A stretch of DNA of 64,000 bases from Deltaproteobacteria bacterium (GTDB lineage Bacteria; Desulfobacterota_D; UBA1144; Nemesobacterales; CSP1-2), in the NCBI GenBank assembly GCA_052390235.1, contig JBQTHB010000002.1, forward strand, positions 1-64,000, in the 5' to 3' direction. Positions 29,844 to 40,752 of the stretch are shown here, one piece after another. Every line of letters begins with the position of its first letter. The stretch's first letter is position 1. A model generated the notes under the pieces. The model made no database searches. It was given only the letters and a program-made list of their open reading frames with translations, and had not been told where the DNA came from. The position numbers and the translations under genes are program-made.

Positions 29844-30665
29844 ATGGCTCGACAAATTTTCCTGATAAAGCAGGGGACAGGATTTAGTCTAAACCTCCGA
29901 GACCTGTGGCGCTACAGAGAGCTTCTGTACTTCCTCACGTGGCGGGATATTAAAGTGCGCTACAAGCAGACCATCATCGGCGCTGGCTGGGCTGTGCTTC
30001 AGCCCCTGCTGACGATGGTCGTTTTCACGATATTCTTCGGCAGGATTGCGAGTATCCCATCCGAGGGGATTCCCTATCCGATATTCTCGTATTCGGGGCT
30101 TCTTCTGTGGACATACTTCTCGACCTCGGTGTCGAGTTCGAGCAACAGCCTTGTGGGAAGCGCCAACCTCATTACGAAGGTCTATTTCCCGCGCCTCATC
30201 ATACCGCTTTCATCCGCCGTCGCCGGGGTGGTGGACTACTTCATCGCCCTCACGATACTAGTCCTCATGATGCTCTACTACGGATTCGCTCCGGGACTCT
30301 CGATAGTGTTTCTCCCTGCGACGCTCGTCCTCGCATTCATCTCGGCCACGGGAGTCGGGCTTTGGCTCTCCGCGCTCAACGTAAAATACAGGGACGTGCG
30401 CTACGCCATACCGTTTTTTATTCAGCTTATGCTCTTTGCCACGCCCGTAATTTACCCTGCCGATTTAGCGCCTGAGCGGTTTCGCTGGCTCATGGCGCTG
30501 AACCCAATTTCGGGGATAATTGACGCTCACAGGGCTTGTGTTCTGGGCTATAAGCCAATAGACTGGGACTTTTTTCTCCTCTCCTCAGCGGCATCTGTGG
30601 TGATATTTCTCACAGGAGTCGTCTATTTCCGCAGGGTCGAGCGCACTTTCGCCGATGTGATTTAA
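29844..30665 (+). CDS. wzm: Glycan ABC exporter permease
   Basis: RDIKVRYKQT, NLITKVYFPR, YRDV, TPVIYP, LNP, FADVI. Confidence 0.93.
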   Translation: MARQIFLIKQGTGFSLNLRDLWRYRELLYFLTWRDIKVRYKQTIIGAGWAVLQPLLTMVVFTIFFGRIASIPSEGIPYPIFSYSGLLLWTYFSTSVSSSSNSLVGSANLITKVYFPRLIIPLSSAVAGVVDYFIALTILVLMMLYYGFAPGLSIVFLPATLVLAFISATGVGLWLSALNVKYRDVRYAIPFFIQLMLFATPVIYPADLAPERFRWLMALNPISGIIDAHRACVLGYKPIDWDFFLLSSAASVVIFLTGVVYFRRVERTFADVI

Positions 30666-30747
30666 TAGCGCTTTGGGATAAGAGATGACGCAACTTGCCC
30701 TAACTCTCGAATAACTTGAGCGGCAATCCGGCGGTCTAAAATGCTAG

Positions 30748-30778
30748 GGATGCCCGATAAAGGCATCCGAGCATGACA
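30748..30778. repeat. Solitary degenerate GGAT...ATGACA palindrome
   Basis: GGATGCCCGATAAAGGCATCCGAGCATGACA between wzm and wzt. Confidence 0.5.
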
Positions 30779-30841
30779 TAGAATAAAAGAGCGGCTACCG
30801 AATTTTGATAGATTTATCCCTCTATTCATCGAAAGAAAACC

Positions 30842-32143
30842 ATGAGCGATATTGCCATTAGCGCGGATAAATTAAGCAAGCTCTACCTGCTCGGCGCGGG
30901 CGAGAGGTACTACACCCTAAGGGACGCTCTGACGGATATTCTCTCTGCTCCGATTCGTCTATTTCGACGCTCGAAGGCGAATTCTCCCGCCTCGCCCGAT
31001 AATCAAATCTGGGCGCTCCGGGACGTTTCATTCGAGATAAAGCGGGGCGAGGTCGTAGGCATCGTCGGGCGGAACGGCGCGGGCAAAAGCACATTGCTCA
31101 AGATTCTCTCGCGCATAACCGAGCCTACGCGGGGCTCTGCCGAGGTCAGGGGGAGGGTCGGCTCTCTGCTGGAGGTAGGCACGGGATTCCACCCTGAGCT
31201 TACGGGGAGGGAGAATATTTATCTCAACGGCGCGATTTTGGGGATGACCCATAGCGAAATCAAGCGTAAATTCGATGAAATTGTCGCCTTTGCCGAGATT
31301 GAGAAATTCATTGACACAACCGTGAAATTTTATTCAACCGGTATGTACATGAGGCTTGCCTTTGCCGTTGCCGCGTACATGGAGCCTGAGATTCTGCTTA
31401 TTGACGAAGTGCTTGCCGTGGGGGATGCCGCATTTCAGAAAAAATGCCTCAACAAGATGCAGGACGTAGGCGGCGAGGGGCGCACAGTGCTTTTCGTATC
31501 CCACAATATGCCGGCGATAACTCGACTCTGCTCGCGGGCGATTCTCCTGGGGCAGGGCGGCGTGGTCGCCGACGGGGCGTCGCACGAGGTCATAAGCGGC
31601 TATCTGCAATCCGGCGTGGGAACGACGGCGCAAAGATGCTGGCAGGATTTCAATAAAGCCCCCGGCAACAGTATCGCGCGCCTAGTTTCGGTCAGGGTGC
31701 TTGATGGTGATGGGAACGTATCCGACACGGTTGACATCCGCAAACCCGTGAGAATCGAAATCGAGTATCATAATTTCCCCAACGATTACTTCCCATACGC
31801 GGGCATTCAGCTATTCGATGAAAACGACGTCTGCCTATTTAGCTCCGGCGATTTTACCGACATGAACTGGCGCTACGCCCCGCGCCGCTTCGATGGGAGG
31901 GTAAAGAGCGTCTGCGCGATACCGGGGAATTTCCTCGCCGAGGGATTAAAACGCGTGCTAGTGGCGATAACCACCTATAACCCTGACGCGGTGCTGGCAA
32001 TGGAGAGGGACGCCGTCTCGTTTATGGTCGTTGACAGGAGCGAAGGGGACGGCGCGAGGGGGGATTACAGCGGATATTTTCCCGGAGTGGTGCGCCCGCT
32101 TCTCGATTGGCGGGTTGACACCGAGACTCTGGCGAAATCCTAA
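30842..32143 (+). CDS. wzt: Glycan ABC exporter ATPase with C-terminal Wzt carbohydrate-binding domain
   Basis: GRNGAGKST, YSTGMYMRL, IDEVLAVGD, VSH, about 180 aa C-terminal extension. Confidence 0.93.
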   Translation: MSDIAISADKLSKLYLLGAGERYYTLRDALTDILSAPIRLFRRSKANSPASPDNQIWALRDVSFEIKRGEVVGIVGRNGAGKSTLLKILSRITEPTRGSAEVRGRVGSLLEVGTGFHPELTGRENIYLNGAILGMTHSEIKRKFDEIVAFAEIEKFIDTTVKFYSTGMYMRLAFAVAAYMEPEILLIDEVLAVGDAAFQKKCLNKMQDVGGEGRTVLFVSHNMPAITRLCSRAILLGQGGVVADGASHEVISGYLQSGVGTTAQRCWQDFNKAPGNSIARLVSVRVLDGDGNVSDTVDIRKPVRIEIEYHNFPNDYFPYAGIQLFDENDVCLFSSGDFTDMNWRYAPRRFDGRVKSVCAIPGNFLAEGLKRVLVAITTYNPDAVLAMERDAVSFMVVDRSEGDGARGDYSGYFPGVVRPLLDWRVDTETLAKS

Positions 32144-32188
32144 GATTCGGGATTGGCAGGAGCGAATTATGTTATATAGGAATATAAA

Positions 32189-32830
32189 ATGTTGCCCAAG
32201 ATAATTCTGCGGATGCTTGACCCCTTTCTGCTCTCTCTTGCAAGGCGGATGGAATCCCTAGCCGCAAGGGAGAGGATTCGCGCCGCAGGCCACTCGGCGG
32301 TGATACATCCGACGGCTACCATTCACCCCGACGCTCAAATCAGCAATTTCCTCGGCGACCCAAAAGCCATTTCCATCGGCGCGAACTCCCACATAAACGG
32401 GGAGCTTCTAGTCCTGTGGGATGCTGGGCGAATCTCCATCGGCGAGTGGTCTCACCTTGGCGACGGCTCTCGCATCTGGTCTCACGCCTCGGTTTCAATC
32501 GGCAATCACGTCCTGATTTCCTATCTCGTCAACATTCACGACACGAACGGTCATCCCCTCGAATGGCAGGCGAGGCGGCAAGATATTCAGGCAATAATGT
32601 CCGGCAAATTCGGCAACCGCCTCCCAGATAAAATGAATTCCGAGCCTGTAGTGATTGAGGACGACGCGTGGATAGGCTCTAAGGCGACGGTTTTCAAGGG
32701 AGTCCGCATTGGGCGCGGCGCGATAATCACTCCGGGCGCGGTTGTGGTTAAAGACGTTCCTGCGTGGACTGTCGTAGCTGGGAATCCCGCGCGCGTGATT
32801 CAGGAGTTGCCCCCTAGCGATGCTGAATAA
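32189..32830 (+). CDS. Hexapeptide-repeat (LbH) acyltransferase
   Basis: [29 protein letters not shown]. Confidence 0.9.
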   Translation: MLPKIILRMLDPFLLSLARRMESLAARERIRAAGHSAVIHPTATIHPDAQISNFLGDPKAISIGANSHINGELLVLWDAGRISIGEWSHLGDGSRIWSHASVSIGNHVLISYLVNIHDTNGHPLEWQARRQDIQAIMSGKFGNRLPDKMNSEPVVIEDDAWIGSKATVFKGVRIGRGAIITPGAVVVKDVPAWTVVAGNPARVIQELPPSDAE

Positions 32831-33443
32831 AATTTTAGGCGGCGTATTTGACCCAATTCTGCTTCGGGCGGCGCGGCGAATCTCGTTTCTCGCCGAGGCT
32901 GACAACGCCCGCCGCGCGAGGGTTGCCGCCGACATCGCCCCTACGGTGAAAATCTATCCCACGGCGCGGGTGAGGAATATGCGCCAAGACCCGAAGGCGG
33001 TAAAAGTCGGCGCAGGCACCCATTTAGAGTGCGAGCTATTCGTGTTCTGGGACGGGGGGCAGATTGAAATTGGCAAGCTGTGTCATATTGCGGCGGGAAC
33101 GCGCATTATCTCTCAATCCTCCGTATTGATTGGCGATTACGTGGGGATTTCCCATCTCGTTGACATCCACGACACCGATTGCCACCCCCTCGATTGGCGG
33201 GAGCGGCGGCTCGATGCCGAGGAGATGTTTCGCGGGGGATACCTCAGCCCTACGAAAACCGTTTCAAAACCCGTGATTATCGAAGACGACGTATGGATAG
33301 GGTTTAAGGCGACGGTGCTAAAAGGGGTTCGCATCGGGCGGGGGGCGATAGTGGCGGCGGGGGCGGTTGTAGCCGAGGATGTTCCCGCTTGGGCAGTAGT
33401 AGCCGGCAATCCAGCGCGCGTGGTCAAAGAGATGAAGCCCTGA
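32820..33443 (+). CDS. Hexapeptide-repeat (LbH) acyltransferase, paralog of the previous gene
   Basis: [29 protein letters not shown]. Confidence 0.9.
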   Translation: MLNKILGGVFDPILLRAARRISFLAEADNARRARVAADIAPTVKIYPTARVRNMRQDPKAVKVGAGTHLECELFVFWDGGQIEIGKLCHIAAGTRIISQSSVLIGDYVGISHLVDIHDTDCHPLDWRERRLDAEEMFRGGYLSPTKTVSKPVIIEDDVWIGFKATVLKGVRIGRGAIVAAGAVVAEDVPAWAVVAGNPARVVKEMKP

Positions 33444-33480
33444 GCCGGATTGCCGGGATACACAATTATAATCTGAGAAT

Positions 33481-34572
33481 ATGCAGGAGATTTCACTATT
33501 GAACGCAAAAAGCCGCGCGAGAATTTCCGAGATAAAATCGAGAGTCAGCTCCATGCTCAGGGAGCGGCAGTCCCTTCAAGGCGGGGGCGACACGGCAAAT
33601 CCGAGCAAGTATTGGACGGATTTCTGCTCCTTTTTCGACTATATGCCATCGCTCTCGGAGGAGTCGTTCGAGAAGCTCCGCCTGCACACCTATCACCTCA
33701 CGGCGGACAATTACCAGACCTACTACTTCAACGTTGACCTGGACATCTTCGCGCAGTATTGGCGGGGGCTTCATGCGGGGGTACCCCCTCGGTACGTTCT
33801 CAGCGAGCCGGAGGGCGGAATAGGCTTCTCAATTGACGGCAGGCTCGTAAGCCACGATATTCTCAGATTCCAGAGCATCGTCAATACATTCCTCAGGCGC
33901 GGGGTTATATCATCGATGCAGGCGGCGGGCGCGGCGAGGGGATTCGCTCTCGAAATAGGCGCGGGCTACGGCGGGCTTGCCCATCATCTCTCGAACGTCA
34001 TTGGAGGCGTTACCTACTTCATAGTTGACCTGCCGGAAACGCTGATTTTCTCAGCCCCGTATCTGTTTTTGCAAAACCCCGCTAAGAAGGTCTATGTCTA
34101 TGGGGATTCGGATTTTGGCGGATTTATCGAGTCCGGCGAGTTTGCCTCCTATGATTTTGTCCTCATCCCGAACTATAAATTAAGCGCCCTTCGCAATATC
34201 CGCTTTGACCTCGCCGTGAACGTGGCGTCGCTCCAAGAGATGAGCGCGCATCAAGCGGCGGAGTATCTCGATTTTCTCGCCGACGGATGCGCGGGGCTGT
34301 TCTATAGCCTCAATCAGGACGTTCAGCCCCGAAACAGCGAGCTTGGCAACCTCTCGGATATGATTCGGGCGCGGTTCGAGGTTACTGAAGCATCGCTGGG
34401 GCTGCTGCCGACGAGTCGCATGGGACAAGAGGGGGCGAAGCAGGCGCTCCGCAGGGCGATGAGGAAAGCCGCAACATCCCTAGGAATTCTGGACGCTCCG
34501 AGGGAGAGCTTTAAATATCCGCCGTTTAAAGAATGGCTCTGCCGCTCCCGCAAAAATAAAAACAAGTATTAG
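33481..34572 (+). CDS. Putative sugar O-methyltransferase
   Basis: LEIGAGYGGLA, IVDLPETL, FDLAVNVASLQEM. Confidence 0.75.
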   Translation: MQEISLLNAKSRARISEIKSRVSSMLRERQSLQGGGDTANPSKYWTDFCSFFDYMPSLSEESFEKLRLHTYHLTADNYQTYYFNVDLDIFAQYWRGLHAGVPPRYVLSEPEGGIGFSIDGRLVSHDILRFQSIVNTFLRRGVISSMQAAGAARGFALEIGAGYGGLAHHLSNVIGGVTYFIVDLPETLIFSAPYLFLQNPAKKVYVYGDSDFGGFIESGEFASYDFVLIPNYKLSALRNIRFDLAVNVASLQEMSAHQAAEYLDFLADGCAGLFYSLNQDVQPRNSELGNLSDMIRARFEVTEASLGLLPTSRMGQEGAKQALRRAMRKAATSLGILDAPRESFKYPPFKEWLCRSRKNKNKY

Positions 34573-34637
34573 CCAATGCACGCGGACAAGCAGAGATAAT
34601 AAATCCCCCCTGCCCAATTTTTATATCCAAATCCGAT

Positions 34638-35426
34638 ATGACCCTAGAGAAATCCACTAAAGTCGTAATCCTAGCCGGAGGCTTAGGCACGCGCCTAGCC
34701 GAAGAGACGGAAATCAAGCCCAAACCCATGGTAGAGATAGGCGCTCGCCCCATGCTCTGGCACATAATGAAGCTCTACGCCCATAGCGGTTTCAAGGAAT
34801 TCTTCATAGCCCTGGGCTACAAGGGCGAGGTCGTAAAGAGATATTTCCAAGACTATATAAACCTAACCGGCAGTATGACGATAACTCTCGCCTCAGGCAC
34901 AGTGCAGGCATACGACAAGCAGTGCGAAGACTGGCTCGTGCATCTCATGGAAACGGGCAGGGACACCTACACCGCAGGCAGGATAAAACGCCTTGAGCCG
35001 TGGCTTGCGGCTGAGACTTTTATGGCTACCTACGGAGACGGCGTCGCGGATATTGATTTGGGCAAACTCCTCAAATTTCATAAATCGCACGGCAGGATTG
35101 CAACCGTAACCGCGGTGCGCCCGCCTGCGCGCTACGGCGGTATTATCTTCGACGGCGACCTCGTGGCTAGTTTCACCGAGAAGCCGCAAACGGGCGAGGG
35201 GTGGATAAACGGCGGGTTTTTCGTGTTTGAGCCTCGCATATTTGATTACATCGAGGGGGATTTCAGCACGCTGGAGATTGACGTGATGGAGCGGCTCGTC
35301 TCGGATAGAGAGCTTGCCGCGTATCGCCATGACTCGTTCTGGCAGTGTATGGATACGCTCAGAGACAAACGCCTCCTTGAGAGCCTGTGGCAGGAGGGGC
35401 GCGCCCCGTGGAGGGTGTGGGATTGA
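34638..35426 (+). CDS. rfbF: Glucose-1-phosphate cytidylyltransferase
   Basis: [46 protein letters not shown]. Confidence 0.95.
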   Translation: MTLEKSTKVVILAGGLGTRLAEETEIKPKPMVEIGARPMLWHIMKLYAHSGFKEFFIALGYKGEVVKRYFQDYINLTGSMTITLASGTVQAYDKQCEDWLVHLMETGRDTYTAGRIKRLEPWLAAETFMATYGDGVADIDLGKLLKFHKSHGRIATVTAVRPPARYGGIIFDGDLVASFTEKPQTGEGWINGGFFVFEPRIFDYIEGDFSTLEIDVMERLVSDRELAAYRHDSFWQCMDTLRDKRLLESLWQEGRAPWRVWD

Positions 35427-36409
35427 AGAATTTCTGGCTAGACAGGCCAACCTTTGTAACCGGAGCTACGGGGCTTGTAGGCGGATGGCTCGCGCGTCGT
35501 CTGCTTGCCGAGGGGGCGGACGTGGTCTGCCTCGTGAGGGATTGGTCTCCTCAGTCGCAATTTCAGCGCGCGGGGATGATTGACCGCGTTAAGTCCGTCC
35601 GGGGGGACGTGCGAGACCGAGCGCTTATGGAGCGAATCCTCGGCGAATATGAAATTGACACGGTGATTCACCTTGCCGCGCAGACGATAGTAACAATTGC
35701 GAATCGCAATCCCGTCTCGACTTTTGATACGAATATTCGCGGAACTTGGTCAGTGCTTGAAGCGTGCCGAAGAAGCCCGCTCGTCCGCCAAATTATCCTC
35801 GCCTCGTCCGACAAAGCCTACGGAGACCAAACCGCTCTGCCCTACAGCGAGGAAGCCCCGCTTCAGGGGAGGCATCCCTATGACGTGAGCAAATCCGCCG
35901 CAGACCTCATCGCGCAGACCTACGCCGCTACGTACTCGCTTCCCATAGCTATTACCCGATGCGGCAATTTCTATGGCGGCGGGGATTTGAATTGGAATCG
36001 CATCGTCCCCGGCACGATTCGCTCCGCTCTAAGGGGGGAGCGGCCCGTAATACGCTCGGACGGCAGTTATGTGAGGGATTATTTCTATGTCGAAGACGGG
36101 GCGGCGGCTTATATGCTCCTTGCCCAGAGGCTCGCAGAAAATCCCGAACTCAGGGGCGAGGCGTTTAATTTCTCAAATGAGATTCGCCTAACCGTGCGGG
36201 AGATTACAGAGCGGATTCTCGCCCTAATGGGGTCGGCTCTTGCGCCGGACATCCGCGCTGAAGCCTCAAATGAAATCCGCGAGCAGTATCTAAGCTCCGG
36301 CAAGGCAAGGAGCGCGCTCTCATGGAAGCCGCTTTTCACGCTCGATGAGGGGCTTCGGCTCACGATAGATTGGTACAGGGATTTCTTCGCCCCCTCGGAG
36401 ATTGGATAA
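35423..36409 (+). CDS. rfbG: CDP-glucose 4,6-dehydratase-like SDR
   Basis: [40 protein letters not shown] start overlapping the rfbF stop. Confidence 0.75.
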   Translation: MKNFWLDRPTFVTGATGLVGGWLARRLLAEGADVVCLVRDWSPQSQFQRAGMIDRVKSVRGDVRDRALMERILGEYEIDTVIHLAAQTIVTIANRNPVSTFDTNIRGTWSVLEACRRSPLVRQIILASSDKAYGDQTALPYSEEAPLQGRHPYDVSKSAADLIAQTYAATYSLPIAITRCGNFYGGGDLNWNRIVPGTIRSALRGERPVIRSDGSYVRDYFYVEDGAAAYMLLAQRLAENPELRGEAFNFSNEIRLTVREITERILALMGSALAPDIRAEASNEIREQYLSSGKARSALSWKPLFTLDEGLRLTIDWYRDFFAPSEIG

Positions 36410-36957
36410 TGAAATTTATTCAAACCCATCTTGCCGGCGCGTACATCATCGAGCCTGAGCCGATTTCGGATGGCAGGGGATTTTTCGCCCGCGCCTTCTG
36501 CCGCTGGGAATTCGCCGAGTGGGGGCTTGAGACTGATTTCGTTCAAAATAACATCTCGTGGAATCGCGAAGCAGGAGTCCTCCGCGGTATGCACTACCAG
36601 ATTCCCCCTCACGCTGAGGTGAAACTCGTTCGATGCACCAGAGGGGCAATTCGGGATGTGATAATTGACCTGCGCGCCGACTCTGCGACCTACTGCAAGT
36701 GGGCGGGGGTTTTGCTCACGGCTGAGAACTACAGGATGCTCTATGTGCCAAGGGGTTTTGCTCACGGCTATGAGACTCTTTTGCCGGACTCCGAGGTGTT
36801 TTATCTGGTGTCGGAGCGTTACGCGCCTCAATCCGAGCGAGGAGTCCGCTGGAGCGATGCGGCGTTTAATATCGAATGGCAGACGATAAATCCCATTGTC
36901 TCCCCGAAAGACGCCTCGTACCCGGATTTCAATAAAAAAGCGGCGGCTAACGATTAG
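36409..36957 (+). CDS. NDP-4-keto-6-deoxyhexose 3,5-epimerase (second RmlC-like cupin)
   Basis: DGRGFFARAFC, RGMHYQ, EVKLVRC, PRGFAHG. Confidence 0.9.
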   Translation: MKFIQTHLAGAYIIEPEPISDGRGFFARAFCRWEFAEWGLETDFVQNNISWNREAGVLRGMHYQIPPHAEVKLVRCTRGAIRDVIIDLRADSATYCKWAGVLLTAENYRMLYVPRGFAHGYETLLPDSEVFYLVSERYAPQSERGVRWSDAAFNIEWQTINPIVSPKDASYPDFNKKAAAND

Positions 36958-36991
36958 TTCTGAGACTATAAGCCGTTACAAAAATACCCTG

Positions 36992-37330
36992 AGCGCCCCT
37001 CTCCCTCACTTCTGTCATTCCGAACGCCGAGAGAAATCTTATGACGCAGGATTTCTCGCTATGGCTCGAAATGACACCAGAGGACTCGAAAGGGCAGGGG
37101 GCGGAGTCAAGCTCTGGATTCCCACTTTCGTGAGAATGACAGAAGAGGCTCCCGCTCGGCATGAAGCGCCCCTCTCCCTCACTTCTGCCGTTCCAGCAAG
37201 CCATCACCCTCTGTCATTCCCGCAATTTCTCTGAGCGGGAATCCAAGTTAAGATTTCTCGCTATGGCTCGAAATGACACCAGAGGACTCGAAAGGGCAGG
37301 GGGCGGAGTCAAGCTCTGGATTCCCACTTT
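36992..37330. repeat. Mosaic palindromic repeat cluster (inverted orientation) containing an exact 79-bp direct repeat
   Basis: 37050-37128 is identical to 37252-37330; same modules as the other clusters. Confidence 0.92.
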
Positions 37331-37356
37331 ATGCGATACTGCCTTAGCGTAAAAAT

Positions 37357-38274
37357 ATGAAAATTCTCCTCACAGGAGCCACAGGTTTCATAGGCTCTCA
37401 CGTCGCTCGCAAATTGGCTGCCGAAGGGTGCGATGTTTATGCCCTCGTGCGCCCCGGCAGCGATGCGCGCCGAATTGCCGATTTAACCTCTTCGATGCAA
37501 ATTATCGCCTGCGACCTGTTCTCGACCTCGGAGCTACGCGAGCGCGTCCTTGCGGTAAAACCCGATGCGTGCATCCACCTGGCGTGGTACGTAGAGCCGG
37601 GCAAGTATCTCTCAAGCCCGGAGAATCTGCGCTATATGTCCCGGAGCCTCGAGCTTGCCCAAATTCTCGCAGATGCTGGATGCCCCAGGTTCATCGGCGC
37701 GGGAACGTGCTTTGAATACGACCTCAGTTGCGGCTATCTGTCCGAGCGAAGCCCGACCCGCCCTGAAACCCTCTATGCCTCGAGCAAACTCTCGGTCTAT
37801 TTGAATCTGGAGCAACTGGCGCGGCTTAATGGAATTAGCGTCTCGTGGATGCGTTTTTTTTATCTCTACGGGCCGTGCGAGGACAGACGCCGCCTCGTGC
37901 CATCGGTTGCTACCGCGCTCCTTTCGGGCAGAGAGGCTAGGGTTACCTCTGGCGGTCAGGTTCGGGATTTCATCCACGTTGAAGATGCCGCCTCAGCCGT
38001 TTGGGCTATCGTGAGGAGAGGCATTTCAGGAGCCGTCAACATCGCATCTGGCGCGCCAGCATCAATTCGGCACATCGTGGCTACCATCGGAGAGGTTACC
38101 GGACGCGGGGAGCTTATCGCCTACGGGGCTTATCCCACAAACCCCGCCGATGCGAAATTTATCTGCGCCGATAACGCGAGACTCGTCCATGAAGCCGGAT
38201 GGACGCCCGAATACGACTTGGAGCGAGGTATTCGCCTCACGGTTGACTGGTGGCGGGAAGAACTGCTAAGATGA
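37357..38274 (+). CDS. NAD(P)-dependent NDP-sugar reductase/epimerase (SDR)
   Basis: TGATGFIG, HLAW, GTCFEY, YASSK, RDFIHVED. Confidence 0.85.
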   Translation: MKILLTGATGFIGSHVARKLAAEGCDVYALVRPGSDARRIADLTSSMQIIACDLFSTSELRERVLAVKPDACIHLAWYVEPGKYLSSPENLRYMSRSLELAQILADAGCPRFIGAGTCFEYDLSCGYLSERSPTRPETLYASSKLSVYLNLEQLARLNGISVSWMRFFYLYGPCEDRRRLVPSVATALLSGREARVTSGGQVRDFIHVEDAASAVWAIVRRGISGAVNIASGAPASIRHIVATIGEVTGRGELIAYGAYPTNPADAKFICADNARLVHEAGWTPEYDLERGIRLTVDWWREELLR

Positions 38275-39527
38275 GCGAGAAAAATCAATGCCCCATCTGT
38301 AAATCCCCCTCCATCGAGGATTTCCTCTCCCGCCGAGGCGTTCCAGCGCACCAGCACCTAATATGTCCGAACAGACGCGGGGCTAGGGAAGCGGCGCGCG
38401 GCGACCTTGTCCTTGCCCTATGCCGAGACTGCGGATTCATCTATAACCGCGCTTTTGACCCCTCGAAAATCGCTTACGGCGGGAGCTACGATAACTCGCA
38501 GACGTATTCTGCCGTCTTCGAGCGATATTTATCGGGGCTGGCGATGTATCTGGTTGCGGACAGGGGCGTGAGAAATTCCCGAATTCTGGAAGTCGGGTGC
38601 GGCAAGGGCTGGTTTCTGCGCCGTCTCGTGGAGTTTGAAGGCGCGGGCAACGAGGGCTACGGGTTCGACCCAAGCTACGAAGGAGACGAAGTTTCTCTGG
38701 GCGGACGGCTCAGGTTTGAGAGGGGCTTTTATGATTCCCGCCACGCCGATATTTCCGCCGACGTCGTTCTGTGTCGCCACGTGATAGAGCATCTGCCGGA
38801 GCCGCTCGCGCTGATTCAGACGATTAAACAAGCCCTCGTCGGCTCTGCGGGAGGGGCGCGGGTGTTTTTCGAGACCCCTTCGTCGGAGTGGATACTCGAA
38901 AATAGGGCCTTCTGGGATTTTTTTTATGAGCATTGCTCGTATTTCTCGGAGGGGTCTCTGAGGGGCGCGTTTGAGATTTCTGGGTTTCGGGTTCGAGAGA
39001 TAAGGCCGGTGTTCGGAGGGCAGTATCTGTGGCTTGAGGCTTCATTGTCGGATGAACCCGCCCCTTTGGGCAGAGGCGGCGGCGGCGGCGAGGTTTCGGC
39101 TCTGGCGGCGCAAATTGCCTCGTCCGAGAAGTCGCTAATAGATCTTCTGACCCAGAGGCTTCGGCGCGAATGCGAGGGGGGGCGGAAAATTGCCTTTTGG
39201 GGCGCTGGGGCAAAGGGCGTAACCCTTGCCAATCTTATTGACCCAGGCGGGGAGCTAATTCGGTGCATCGTGGATTTGAATCCCCGTAAGCAGGGCAAAT
39301 TCCTACCCGGCTCGGGGCATCCGATAGTCGCCTGCGCGGAGCTTGCAAATTACGAGGTCAACGCCGTGATTTTAATGAATCCGAATTATTTTGACGAGGT
39401 TCTCGCGCTTGTTACCGAGGCTAGGCAGAGAGTCTCCGTGATAGACCTCGCCGACCTTATCAATCCCGGCAGCAGGACGCGCTCCCCTCTGCCGTATCCC
39501 GCGCCCAAGATTGGAGATACAGCTTGA
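38271..39527 (+). CDS. NDP-hexose C-methyltransferase-like protein
   Basis: Zn-site CPIC...CRDC, LEVGCGKG, RHVIEH, FYEHCSYF, WGAGAKG, VDLNPRKQGKFLPGSG. Confidence 0.8.
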   Translation: MSEKNQCPICKSPSIEDFLSRRGVPAHQHLICPNRRGAREAARGDLVLALCRDCGFIYNRAFDPSKIAYGGSYDNSQTYSAVFERYLSGLAMYLVADRGVRNSRILEVGCGKGWFLRRLVEFEGAGNEGYGFDPSYEGDEVSLGGRLRFERGFYDSRHADISADVVLCRHVIEHLPEPLALIQTIKQALVGSAGGARVFFETPSSEWILENRAFWDFFYEHCSYFSEGSLRGAFEISGFRVREIRPVFGGQYLWLEASLSDEPAPLGRGGGGGEVSALAAQIASSEKSLIDLLTQRLRRECEGGRKIAFWGAGAKGVTLANLIDPGGELIRCIVDLNPRKQGKFLPGSGHPIVACAELANYEVNAVILMNPNYFDEVLALVTEARQRVSVIDLADLINPGSRTRSPLPYPAPKIGDTA

Positions 39528-40717
39528 GCCGCCCCTATTTCTCAATCGTTATGCCAACAAAGAACCGCGCCCGGCTTCTCGCCCACGCTATGGAGAGCGC
39601 GCTTGGGCAGGATTTCCAGAGCTTTGAGATTATCGTAAGCGACAACTGCTCGTCCGATGACACGGAAAGCGTGGCAAAGGGCTTCAATTCCCCGCGTGTT
39701 CGGTATATCCGCCCGCAAGAGCCGCTCACGATGCCAGACCACTGGGAATTTGCCCTCGATTACGCCCAAGGGGAGTACATCACCTATCTGTGCGACGACG
39801 ACGCCCTCTGCCCCGGCGCGCTCCAAAGCGCCGCCGCCGCCATAGCCGACCGCAAAGCGGAGCTTCTGGTCTTGGGGACGGCTATATACTACGGCGATAA
39901 TTGGATGGATGCCTCTCTAAGCAACTCCGCCGTTGTGCCGCCGTATTCGGGTCTCGTAGAGGAGCGCGCAAGCTCCGACACATTAGCCGAGCTTTTTAAG
40001 TGCTGGGATACTTACGACGCCCCAAGGATGCAGAACTCCTTCTGCCGCCGCAGCGTGATAGCTCAAATACGCGAGGAGTGCGGCAGGCTGTTTCACCTCA
40101 TCCCCGATTACTCCTTTGCCGCATTTTCGCTCGCCTATGTCCCCCGATGGACTTATTTAAACGAGCCGCTGCGCCTTCAAGGCGTGTTCGCCGAGGGCAT
40201 CGGCTCTACGACGTTTTACAACAGGGGCGAGAAAATGCAGGAGTTCATCCGCGAGTTCAAGCGCGAAATCCTGTTCGAGCGCACCCCGCTCAAATCCCCG
40301 ATAACGACCAATTTCATTGCCGAGGCTCTGCTCATGGTCAAGGAGCGCGCCGGTGATAGGCTCGCCGGAGTGGATATAAGCTGGGACGAGTATTTCATCG
40401 CCTGCTGGGACAGGCTTAGGACGCATGAAATCACGGGGGTCAATATTGAGCCTGACAGAGCCGCATTTTTCGATGCCCTTGCGCTCCAGCCCGCCTTGGT
40501 TCAATCCCGCGTGAGGGGGGTTATTTCTCAATCGCCGAGCGGGGGCGGAATTCGCAAAACCCTCCGGCGCGCGATAGATTCATCTTCCATCCTCAAATTA
40601 GCCGAATCTCTCGTGAGGGGGGGTAGGCGCAAATCCCGGATAATTTACGGCAGCGATGCGGGATTTAGCAACATCTGGGAGTGCGCCAAGAGGGTGCGGG
40701 ATATAGCTCAGAGATGA
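39524..40717 (+). CDS. Glycosyltransferase family 2
   Basis: SIVMPTKNR, SDNCSSD, YLCDDD. Confidence 0.88.
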   Translation: MSRPYFSIVMPTKNRARLLAHAMESALGQDFQSFEIIVSDNCSSDDTESVAKGFNSPRVRYIRPQEPLTMPDHWEFALDYAQGEYITYLCDDDALCPGALQSAAAAIADRKAELLVLGTAIYYGDNWMDASLSNSAVVPPYSGLVEERASSDTLAELFKCWDTYDAPRMQNSFCRRSVIAQIREECGRLFHLIPDYSFAAFSLAYVPRWTYLNEPLRLQGVFAEGIGSTTFYNRGEKMQEFIREFKREILFERTPLKSPITTNFIAEALLMVKERAGDRLAGVDISWDEYFIACWDRLRTHEITGVNIEPDRAAFFDALALQPALVQSRVRGVISQSPSGGGIRKTLRRAIDSSSILKLAESLVRGGRRKSRIIYGSDAGFSNIWECAKRVRDIAQR

Positions 40718-40752
40718 TGATGTACTTGTGATTTGCAATAGTTGAATCCCCA

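Noticed and set aside
36896..37352. Short ORFs inside repeat clusters (also 23492, 42005, 46839, 50342, 56782, 60720, 60977)
   Set aside because: They are translations of the palindromic modules (VIP.., LWIPTFVRMT, RFLAMARND), with no RBS or protein motif.
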